Positions 19,718-27,958 of a stretch of 64,000 nucleotides of DNA are shown here, in pieces (within the stretch, counting starts at the first letter, position 1; each line of letters starts with the position of its first letter). The notes below the pieces were generated by a model. That model searched no databases, was not told where the DNA came from, and saw nothing but the letters and a program-made list of their open reading frames with translations. Origin of the DNA: Micavibrio sp. (GTDB lineage Bacteria > Pseudomonadota > Alphaproteobacteria > Micavibrionales > UBA9664). The stretch spans positions 1,249-65,248 of the forward strand of contig PAAR01000029.1 of NCBI GenBank assembly GCA_002699085.1, read 5' to 3'. The translations under genes were made by a program, and so were the position numbers.

Positions 19718-21418
19718 ATGCAAAACGAACAACAAACAAATAAAGACTATGAGCCTTTAGAAGCACAAGCAACGAAACCCAGCTTTAACGATTTTGGCCT
19801 TCACAGCCGCCTTCAAAAAGGCTTGGATGAGATGGGTTATACATTACCGACATTGATCCAACAACAATCTATCCCCTTATCAATGCAAGGCCGTGATGTT
19901 TTAGCATCTGCCCAAACAGGGACTGGTAAAACGGGTGCTTTTTCTGTGCCGATGATCCAGCATTTGCTCGATAATCAAGGCAGCACAGCCCTTATTATGA
20001 CCCCAACACGTGAATTAGCGATGCAAATTCAAACCGTTGTAAAAGATATGATTAAGCACATTCCTATCTTGAAAACAGCCCTTCTTATTGGTGGTGATTC
20101 AATGCAACGCCAGATCAAACAACTACAAGATCGCCCACGTATCATTATCGGTACGCCGGGTCGTATTAATGACCATTTACGGTCAATGGTCTTTCTTAAT
20201 AAGGTGACGTTCTTAGTCCTTGATGAAGCAGATCGTATGCTTGATATGGGCTTTACTGTTCAGTTGGAAGAAATTTATAAATTCTTGCCAGCACAGCGTC
20301 AAACATTGATGTTCTCTGCGACTTTTGCACCGGGGATTATTAAATTTGCTCAAAGCTATTTAAAGAACCCTGAGCGTGTAGCGATTGAGCCAGATAAGAA
20401 AAAGGCTGATAATATCGACCATGTCATTCGCCGTGTAAAACGTGACCAAAAATATGATGTTTTAGTTGAAGAGCTAAATCAACGAACTGGCTCGGTCATT
20501 ATTTTCGTGAAAACAAAAATATGGGCAGATAAGCTAAGCACACGTCTTGTTAAAGACGGATTTAAATCAACAGCTATTCATGGTGACTTACACCAGCATA
20601 AACGTACACGTGTATTGAAAAACTTCCGTGATGAAAAATCACGTATTTTAGTGGCAACAGATGTTGCAGCACGTGGTTTGGACGTACCGCATATTGAGCA
20701 TGTTGTGAACTATGAATTGCCACAAAACCCTGAGGATTATGTACACCGCATTGGTCGTACAGCCCGTGCAGGAGCCAAAGGTAATGCGCTTTGCTTGCTG
20801 ATGGATGATGATGCAGAAAAATGGTACGGCATTCACAAAATGCTTGATCTAAAAGCTGATAATCCATTTGGCGATCAAAAACCACGCCCGTCTAAAGCCC
20901 CATCACGTGGTGGTCGTGGCAGATCAGGCGGTGGCTTTAAAGGCCGTGGCGGCTCAAACGGTGGTTACAAAGGCAAAGCTGGCAGCAACACAGGCGGTCG
21001 TAAATTTGGCGGCGGTGATAGAACCAAAACAGGTTATGGCACCAAATCTGAAGGTGGTGCTGCAGAAAGCGGCGAAAAGCGTAACTATGCGAAAAAGCGT
21101 CCTTTCGGCACTAAGCCTGGCACAAAAGCAACTGAAGGCGGCGAAAAGCGCAGCTATGAAGGCAAAAAATCATTCGGCAAGCGTAATGAAGCTTCAAAAT
21201 CAGAAGGCGGTAAAAAGCGTAACTTTGGTGAGAAGAAATCTTTTGGCGAAAAGAAGTCATATGGAGAGAAGAAAACCTTCGGCGACAAAAAGCCTTCTGC
21301 TAATAAAAAATACGGCAATAAAGGGGGCTCGGCTAAACCTGCAAGCGATAAAAAAGCATGGCAGACAAAACGTCGTCCTAACACTAAGCCAAAACCAAGA
21401 GCGACTGATTCAAATTAG
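19718..21418 (+). CDS. DEAD-box ATP-dependent RNA helicase with Lys/Gly-rich repetitive C-terminal tail
   Basis: Q-motif region, Walker A AQTGTGKT, DEAD box (VLDEADRM), SAT and HRIGRTAR. There is a ~185-aa basic G/K-rich tail. Confidence 0.92.
   Translation: MQNEQQTNKDYEPLEAQATKPSFNDFGLHSRLQKGLDEMGYTLPTLIQQQSIPLSMQGRDVLASAQTGTGKTGAFSVPMIQHLLDNQGSTALIMTPTRELAMQIQTVVKDMIKHIPILKTALLIGGDSMQRQIKQLQDRPRIIIGTPGRINDHLRSMVFLNKVTFLVLDEADRMLDMGFTVQLEEIYKFLPAQRQTLMFSATFAPGIIKFAQSYLKNPERVAIEPDKKKADNIDHVIRRVKRDQKYDVLVEELNQRTGSVIIFVKTKIWADKLSTRLVKDGFKSTAIHGDLHQHKRTRVLKNFRDEKSRILVATDVAARGLDVPHIEHVVNYELPQNPEDYVHRIGRTARAGAKGNALCLLMDDDAEKWYGIHKMLDLKADNPFGDQKPRPSKAPSRGGRGRSGGGFKGRGGSNGGYKGKAGSNTGGRKFGGGDRTKTGYGTKSEGGAAESGEKRNYAKKRPFGTKPGTKATEGGEKRSYEGKKSFGKRNEASKSEGGKKRNFGEKKSFGEKKSYGEKKTFGDKKPSANKKYGNKGGSAKPASDKKAWQTKRRPNTKPKPRATDSN
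21227..21298 (+). repeat. four tandem 18-bp coding repeats (GEKKSF/GEKKSY/GEKKTF/GDKKPS) in helicase tail
   Basis: Read directly: ggtgagaagaaatctttt / ggcgaaaagaagtcatat / ggagagaagaaaaccttc / ggcgacaaaaagccttct. Confidence 0.7.
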
Positions 21419-21427
21419 AGTAGCTTG

Positions 21428-21967
21428 TTAAATAAATTTTTTGAGCGCGGCCTTGTGGGCTTCAGTTAAAACCCCTTCGCCGCGCCATAGAATTTTACCA
21501 TTATTGTCTAATAATAATGTGTAAATACGATCAGGACTCATATCCATGATCTCAAAAAATTTCTCACGATCTGTATATACCGTAATCGTCCGTGTACGTG
21601 CCTCATCACTTGGTATACCTGAGCGCATACCATTATTAATCCACCAACGATACGCTGGATTTATCTCATAAATGAGCGGTACTTCATAAAAACGGAAATC
21701 TTCATCAGCGGCCTCTAGCTCTTCTGCATAAGAAATCCAAGTATCAATCTCTGCCTGATCTTCTCGTTGAAATCCAATAGTGACGAGGTTTTTTTCACCT
21801 TCAAAAGCATCAGGTAGTAGCTGTTCACTGCCTTGCAAATCTATGCCCGTCATAGCAGGAAACATGCCTTGGGCTTTGCTTTCTACTGGTGAGTTAACAC
21901 CTGCACCAATACAAGCTGACAACAATAGACAAAGACTAAAAACACATAAATACTTCATAAAAATCAC
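21428..21967 (-). CDS. hypothetical lipoprotein, last gene of the icmB operon
   Basis: Lipobox LLLSAC after a hydrophobic signal; the start may be ATG 21958 (MKYLCVF...). Its start abuts or overlaps the stop of the upstream ORF. The fold looks thioredoxin-like but has no CxxC; this is a weak impression only. Confidence 0.55.
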   Translation of the reverse strand: MIFMKYLCVFSLCLLLSACIGAGVNSPVESKAQGMFPAMTGIDLQGSEQLLPDAFEGEKNLVTIGFQREDQAEIDTWISYAEELEAADEDFRFYEVPLIYEINPAYRWWINNGMRSGIPSDEARTRTITVYTDREKFFEIMDMSPDRIYTLLLDNNGKILWRGEGVLTEAHKAALKKFI

Positions 21968-22539
21968 TATCTTTCATAACTAAACGAGGGATCAAGTGGC
22001 AACATCTTGCGGTCTTTAGCGGCCTCTATATCCGTGTTATAACCTTCAGGCGTTTGAGTATCCATATCCGTTTGAAGAATAAATGGCAAATAATCAGAAA
22101 CATTTTTATACGCTGCTTTCGGTAAATCTTTGCCATCTTGTGCCACTGATTTGATATAGGGACGGCCATCCTTAATGTCAAATAAGCAATAAATGAGGTG
22201 TAAACGCTCATCCCCAAAAGAATTGCGGCGAGAATAATAGATTGTTGCTGAATTAGGCGTCTCACCAGAAGCTAGGATATCGACAGATGATGGATATTCT
22301 GCCAGTTCTTCAATAACAACTTTACAAGCACCATACCGCCACTCACCATGTGGTACATAAAGTAATGAAGAGATCACAAAATAAAGACCAAGAACCACAA
22401 TTGTAACTAAAGCGGTCACGATTTGAGTGGCACGATCAGTTTTAAGCCTCTGCCAAAACATATCAAAAGCCTCAAACATTACAGCTAAACGTGATTTTTT
22501 TACTGAATTATCTACTTCATCACTCATAGCAAACCTCAC
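21967..22539 (-). CDS. hypothetical single-pass membrane protein, translationally coupled to icmB
   Basis: 190 aa with one TM helix (IVTALVTIVVLGLYFVISSLLYV). The start overlaps the icmB stop by 4 nt. No recognisable family. Confidence 0.55.
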   Translation of the reverse strand: MRFAMSDEVDNSVKKSRLAVMFEAFDMFWQRLKTDRATQIVTALVTIVVLGLYFVISSLLYVPHGEWRYGACKVVIEELAEYPSSVDILASGETPNSATIYYSRRNSFGDERLHLIYCLFDIKDGRPYIKSVAQDGKDLPKAAYKNVSDYLPFILQTDMDTQTPEGYNTDIEAAKDRKMLPLDPSFSYER

Positions 22540-25523
22540 GAGGCTCGTTCAATACGTGCTTCAGCTTTCATCACCAAATCAACCAACTCATTGACAATCT
22601 CATCAATAACTTCTGATGTTACTGCAGCGCCCGTTTTACCACCTTCGGCTTTCAAATAAAGGCGACGTTTAATCTCTGCGCTAGCCGATCCACCAGGAAA
22701 ACTAGCCGCCAAAGCACGTCTTGCACGCTGAGCGCCTAAACGGGCATATAAACGATTTCGGACACCCACATCTTCCGTTGATGTTGATAAAGCCCATAAT
22801 TCGATCGGCCCTAATGTATTAATAAGATGCTGTTCATAACGCCCATCTTTACTCCCCAAAACAAACAAACATGGTGCACCGCCGCTTCTTGGGCCCGTTA
22901 ATTGATAACGAATAATGTTTCGTGCCGTGTCCGACAAACCGAAACGCTCTTGTGCTCGATCAATAGCAGACTCAGAAATCGCCGTGCCTAAAATCCAAAC
23001 ACCTGTCGCCAAATCAACCATGTCATCAGAGAAATCATCAATGAGTTGAGAAGACAGAACAATCTGGACAGAACGTTTACGTCCTTCACGTACGTCACGT
23101 ACGACCTGCGTACGTACAGCTGGCGATTTACTTGTTCGATGAAATTCATCATAACACAAACGCTTCGGCGTCTCTGCTAAATCCTGCAGTTTAAGCTCAT
23201 GGTAATGACGATATTTTTCTGGAATAAATTCAAGATTTTCTTTAGCCATCCACCATGAACGTACAAGCGCATGACGTGCCAGCATATACATGATCGCAGT
23301 TTGGCGATCCGCTGTTGCATCACCTTGAGGTGCAACATCCATTAAATCTAGAGAACATACACGTGCATCTGTAATCTCAAACTTTGTCACAGCCGATACA
23401 ATAGGAAATTCACGAATAGCAGATGTTATCATACGTTCAAACGCATTCACGACATTCTCAACTGATGCACCGATCGAGGTTTCCTCTAATAATGAACGAA
23501 TTTGCGGACGGCGTGCGGCGACGATAGAATCAGCTAGAACAGGTACAGCATGGCGTTGCGCTAGATTAGCCAAATGATATTGGCCAAGCTCAAAGAATTT
23601 ATCGACAACATCCCACCAATACGGATCTTTTGGAAGATGCACATTATGCTTACGCAAAGCCTCATCCACCTCTTCGTCAATACGTGGCAGGTAAGGCCGT
23701 GCCTCAGCCCCTGCTTTTGTATCATCGCGCCAGCGGTACATTTCATCAACCACCATACCCGCCAATTGCTGGATACCGTCATAAGGCTCTTCTTTGCCTG
23801 CCGGCGTACATAATAGCGTTAAAAGCTCAATTAAATAGGCTCGCTCATCCGCCAATGGGTAACGGCAGCCTAATTGTGTATCGAAAGGGTTAATAGCGTA
23901 TTCACTACTCATCTGCAAACGGTAATAAGCGGCCTCGTGCTTACGTTCAGGGGGTAAAGCTTCTTTTATCAGTGATATAAGTCCAGAAGAAGACGGTCCA
24001 ATATCGATAATAGCGACATAAGGCAGCTTTGAGAGGCCCGCCCCCATACATGTCCCTAAATTCAGCGTATTCATCAACACAGATTTACCAGCGCCAGGCT
24101 GTGCAAAAATAAGGTCAAACCATGTATTGGTCATTGATGACCCTGTTTGATAAGGCCAGACCTTACCATCTGGTGAGCGTAATATGATCGAACCTTTATC
24201 AAAAGGACTTGACGGACGCTGCCACGGAATGAGCTTAAAGACTTCATAAAGAGGCGCAATTGCAGCTGGTGCAGTAGAAGCACAGGCAATCCCCATAGAT
24301 GATGACATGATCGCATCAAGCGGATCACCAATCATATTTGACACTTGGCAATATCCCCAACTCTCTACCGCTTGCATCAAAATCGAAATACGGTCTTCCA
24401 TCAGCTCTGTATTCCCTTTGGGTGCCCATGTTGCCAAAGATACACGCATACGTACAACAGGTTCTGAACGGGCGACCGCTGCTAAAGAATTAATAGAATT
24501 TTGTATTTGTTTATTTTGAGAGTTCGTGACTGCTAAAATTGAAGCAATAGATGCTTTCGTTGTTGCGCCTTGAATACCACCGCTTTCAATCAGATACGAA
24601 ATTCTAAAAGGAATACCTGATTCAAACAATCTATTCATCAGCATGGGAAAAGGACTAGGATCCATGGGCGCTAAGGTTAGGTCGCACCCGCCCCATAGCA
24701 TATTATCCATCTCAATAAATTGGTTACTCACTTTCTCCGCAGCAGAAACCGCTAACTGCGTACGCAGTGGTGGCCATAAAATATCAGCCATATCAGTGGC
24801 TGAGCGAGGCGCACGGGGCGGAATGGGATCACCAGGCACACAAGCACGCCAGCCATCATTAGCCCGAGAAGGAAACATACATGTACGTACAGCTGCCAAA
24901 GCGTCATGCACTTCTAGTAAGTCAGCACGAATACCCATTTCATCCAGTGCTGACAAGAAACCTGTTACATACGTTGTATGCCGTGTTTGCAGCCCCTCAA
25001 GACCTGTTTCAGGGCTTTGTGCTTCCCCGACATTATACTTAGCCTTTTTCTTAGCAAGCTTTGCGGCACGCTCTAATTCAGGCTTGGTCATTGATGAAGG
25101 GCGTGTCCAAAGCACGTAATAATTATCTTCTTGCACTAAAAATCGTGATAAATGACGTTTTTTCTCGTCAATAAGGTCATCAAGTTCCAAGCCAATATTT
25201 TGAGTCGCCTCTTTACTACTTGATGTCAATTTCTCCATTTCACGGCGCATACGCTGCGGATTGCGCGAAAAGAAAATTTGAAGGGCATGGCCTGGCTTAT
25301 CAAAACGAGACCCCAGCTTTACGGTCGCTGCTTCGATTAAAAATTTATATTCTTCATCGCCAATAATTTGGCGAGACCCATCAACTTTAATATAAGAAAC
25401 CAACGATCCATCTTCGGCAATAATTGTCGTCTCGTCTTGGGTCGATTCAAGACGAATAAAGGATTCAACAGGATGTTTTGAGGCCATAAGAAAAGGCGTC
25501 AAATATTTGCTATACCATGACAT
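22536..25523 (-). CDS. icmB: type IVB secretion ATPase IcmB/DotO (R64 TraU-like)
   Basis: 995 aa with Walker A FAQPGAGKSVLMN. Its size and its position directly after icmJ match IcmB/DotO. Confidence 0.85.
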   Translation of the reverse strand: MSWYSKYLTPFLMASKHPVESFIRLESTQDETTIIAEDGSLVSYIKVDGSRQIIGDEEYKFLIEAATVKLGSRFDKPGHALQIFFSRNPQRMRREMEKLTSSSKEATQNIGLELDDLIDEKKRHLSRFLVQEDNYYVLWTRPSSMTKPELERAAKLAKKKAKYNVGEAQSPETGLEGLQTRHTTYVTGFLSALDEMGIRADLLEVHDALAAVRTCMFPSRANDGWRACVPGDPIPPRAPRSATDMADILWPPLRTQLAVSAAEKVSNQFIEMDNMLWGGCDLTLAPMDPSPFPMLMNRLFESGIPFRISYLIESGGIQGATTKASIASILAVTNSQNKQIQNSINSLAAVARSEPVVRMRVSLATWAPKGNTELMEDRISILMQAVESWGYCQVSNMIGDPLDAIMSSSMGIACASTAPAAIAPLYEVFKLIPWQRPSSPFDKGSIILRSPDGKVWPYQTGSSMTNTWFDLIFAQPGAGKSVLMNTLNLGTCMGAGLSKLPYVAIIDIGPSSSGLISLIKEALPPERKHEAAYYRLQMSSEYAINPFDTQLGCRYPLADERAYLIELLTLLCTPAGKEEPYDGIQQLAGMVVDEMYRWRDDTKAGAEARPYLPRIDEEVDEALRKHNVHLPKDPYWWDVVDKFFELGQYHLANLAQRHAVPVLADSIVAARRPQIRSLLEETSIGASVENVVNAFERMITSAIREFPIVSAVTKFEITDARVCSLDLMDVAPQGDATADRQTAIMYMLARHALVRSWWMAKENLEFIPEKYRHYHELKLQDLAETPKRLCYDEFHRTSKSPAVRTQVVRDVREGRKRSVQIVLSSQLIDDFSDDMVDLATGVWILGTAISESAIDRAQERFGLSDTARNIIRYQLTGPRSGGAPCLFVLGSKDGRYEQHLINTLGPIELWALSTSTEDVGVRNRLYARLGAQRARRALAASFPGGSASAEIKRRLYLKAEGGKTGAAVTSEVIDEIVNELVDLVMKAEARIERAS

Positions 25524-25578
25524 GCTGTAATGATTATAAACTGATTTTACAAAGAGGTGAAAGCCTAACTATTAAAAA

Positions 25579-26298
25579 CTACGCAGCTTTTACGTCGTGA
25601 AACAGCTCTTTATAGCGGCTAAGCCATTTATTAGGCATTAAACCGCCAAATGCGCCATCTTTTGAGCGCCAATACGCATTAATTTGCGGATATTGGTTAA
25701 ATTCGTAGTCGCCTTCTTTAATAATACGACGATCAAGCGGCATTAGACGAACACCTTGAAGCTTTCTCATACGCTCTGCATAATGTCGCTCTTCCAGATA
25801 GTCGCTCAATATAGAGGCCAGCACTGCCGGATCATCAGTTCCCAACCTTGCTTTTGCCTCTTCACGACGTGCCATAAGACTATCAATAGTTTTTTTAGCT
25901 TGTGTCGCCACATCTCCTTGAGAAATACGCGCCACATAAAGGGCACGTGCCACATTATTAAGCACTGCTTGTGATACTTCTGGCAGCCATATTAATACGC
26001 CTGATTTCATTGTCGCCACAGCATCTAAATGGAAACATTGATGACAAAAAATACATAATGTCATCAGATTATCCGATGCATGATCGTTCTGATTACCGTT
26101 TTTAGCATGAATTTTTTGATATTTTTCAGAACGGAAACCGCAGCATTGGCAGCTATATTTGTCACGTTCTAATATTTTGAGCTTTTGCTCGGGTGTTAAT
26201 AAATCTTCAAAATTAACAGCCTGCTTATGATAGGCCTGCACCGATTGTGCTGATGCGTTTTTACGCTGAACATCAAAACTAATCGGTGCAAATGCCAT
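25579..26298 (-). CDS. icmJ: IcmJ/DotN (R64 TraT-like) zinc-binding T4BSS protein
   Basis: Cys cluster ERDKYSCQCCGFRS...HAKNGNQNDHASDNLMTLCIFCHQCFHLD matches the DotN Cys/His motif pattern. It sits between icmD and icmB. Confidence 0.8.
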   Translation of the reverse strand: MAFAPISFDVQRKNASAQSVQAYHKQAVNFEDLLTPEQKLKILERDKYSCQCCGFRSEKYQKIHAKNGNQNDHASDNLMTLCIFCHQCFHLDAVATMKSGVLIWLPEVSQAVLNNVARALYVARISQGDVATQAKKTIDSLMARREEAKARLGTDDPAVLASILSDYLEERHYAERMRKLQGVRLMPLDRRIIKEGDYEFNQYPQINAYWRSKDGAFGGLMPNKWLSRYKELFHDVKAA

Positions 26299-26324
26299 AA
26301 TTTATATATACCGATTCTCGACTA

Positions 26325-26717
26325 TTAGCCGCCGATTGAATCAAGCGGTTTATAGGTGATACCTGTGCCTTCAGTCACACCCATTGTGTCAAGAACACCT
26401 TTAAAGGCAACAGGGGCAACTAACAACAATGCACCAGCTATCAAGCGCACCAAACCATTACGAATTGGCTCACGTGATGGATCATCAACATGCTTCTTCA
26501 ACGCCAGAATACCGCCAGCTGCCATAATAGCACCACCAATATACAATACCGCCGAAATCAATTGAGGTATATTGTCTAAGCTTGATCTACTTTTCTGAAC
26601 CATATTATCGAGACTTGCGCTACTTTGAGCGAAAACCTCTGTAGAAAAAGTTCCTGCCGTAAAACCACCGATAACTGCGGCTGATAGTCTTTGGCCTTGT
26701 ATTTTTAGTGCTTTCAT
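26325..26717 (-). CDS. icmD: IcmD/DotP-like small inner-membrane T4BSS protein
   Basis: 130 aa: signal/TM, then a helix-loop-helix with the loop KKHVDDPSREPI. It is a paralog of the modules in the upstream ORF, and its size and position match IcmD. Confidence 0.7.
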   Translation of the reverse strand: MKALKIQGQRLSAAVIGGFTAGTFSTEVFAQSSASLDNMVQKSRSSLDNIPQLISAVLYIGGAIMAAGGILALKKHVDDPSREPIRNGLVRLIAGALLLVAPVAFKGVLDTMGVTEGTGITYKPLDSIGG

Positions 26718-26757
26718 AGTATTTCTCCTTTTCTATTACGCCCTAATTCATTAAATT

Positions 26758-27762
26758 CTATTGGAATAGTAACCCATTCGCAGGATCTAATCCAAAGGTT
26801 TGTTGAACCGCATTAACAAACGGCCCAATATTCACGGCTATCACCCCTGCAATAATATGACTAAATGCCGACATTGCAGTTGCTTGGCCGTTTCCATCCG
26901 CCACTGATCTAAGAATAAACCAACCACGGAAGAAACTAATAACGCCAATAATAATAAGAAAGCTCTCGATCGCTGTCATAATCGCTTCAGCACGCGCCTT
27001 CAGATCAGCATCCATGCCAGCACCATCGGCAAAAACAGGGTTCGTTACTATGCCTGCATCGCCAAATAAAGTAGACGAAATACCACTCAATGCTTGTGGC
27101 GCAGAAAGCAATATAGCTGCCAAAAAGAAACTCATCACTGTCCCGAGACCTAATGGTCCACGAGGACCCTGATCCATGCTTTTTGTCAGGCGGAAAATAG
27201 CATTCATCAACACAAATATACCCGCAACATAACTAAAGGCACTTAATAGCATTAAGCTTGGACCATAGATATCCGAAGATAACGACATCAACATGCCATC
27301 AACAGTACCAACCTGACCACCTTTAAGTCCTTCGAGCCCTAAATCAAGCGCATCACCATCGGCCAAACCAAAGGTTCTGACGGCTATACCTGCAAGTGCA
27401 GGGAGTGCTATAAAAAAGGCCCCCGCAAATAAATAACGAATAGGTGTATTAATTGGCTCACGTGACGGATTATCAACGTGCTTAACAAAATTCAACAGGC
27501 CATAGGCACAAAAAACGAGACCCATAAGATAAGAAACGGCACTAAAAAGCAGCGGAAAATTAGTTAAATTCTCGGTAAGAGTACTCATCATCCCACCCAA
27601 AGTTGTGGCATCTCCACCGCCGGCATTAACTGCTGAAAAAGCACTAAGCGGTAGCGCAAAAGGCGACACGGCATAAGCATCAGCTGCACTCAATAAAGTG
27701 GCCGCCACTAATGTCGTCAAAAATAGTAAGAAATGAATGCTCTGCATTCTTAGCGTACTCAT
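26758..27762 (-). CDS. icmC: IcmC/DotE-like membrane protein built from three IcmD-like modules
   Basis: 334 aa from ATG 27762 (signal peptide ...LLSAADAYA). It has three repeats of a two-helix module; the first loop, KHVDNPSREPI, is almost identical to the IcmD loop. Confidence 0.65.
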   Translation of the reverse strand: MSTLRMQSIHFLLFLTTLVAATLLSAADAYAVSPFALPLSAFSAVNAGGGDATTLGGMMSTLTENLTNFPLLFSAVSYLMGLVFCAYGLLNFVKHVDNPSREPINTPIRYLFAGAFFIALPALAGIAVRTFGLADGDALDLGLEGLKGGQVGTVDGMLMSLSSDIYGPSLMLLSAFSYVAGIFVLMNAIFRLTKSMDQGPRGPLGLGTVMSFFLAAILLSAPQALSGISSTLFGDAGIVTNPVFADGAGMDADLKARAEAIMTAIESFLIIIGVISFFRGWFILRSVADGNGQATAMSAFSHIIAGVIAVNIGPFVNAVQQTFGLDPANGLLFQ

Positions 27763-27958
27763 CTTATCCCTTTTCACACTCTCATTCGTATTTATATAAA
27801 ACACGATAATTATACGTTATTTTCACGCAAAAAAAAGCTCTGAAAATAAATCCTCATTACATAAGCTTTTCACAAAGCCTACACCCTATGAAGAATTTTA
27901 GACATAAAACATTAATAAACAATTAAATCTTGTTCATTTTTATATCTATTACACTAAA

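Noticed and set aside
20868-21431. A 187-aa ORF in an alternative frame on the same strand as the DEAD-box helicase tail.
   Set aside because: It lies entirely within the G/K-rich repetitive tail-coding region. Its A/V/K-rich translation is the expected out-of-frame product of GGN/AAR-rich DNA. The helicase frame is continuous with the conserved core.
24643-25119. A 158-aa antisense ORF inside icmB, plus similar long shadow ORFs at 29854-30318, 47219-47701, 54821-55198, 54963-55325 and 39732-39986.
   Set aside because: All are nested opposite or out of frame within much longer ORFs that carry recognisable motifs. Their translations are low-complexity (S/P/R/A-rich) with no motifs, which is typical of shadow ORFs.
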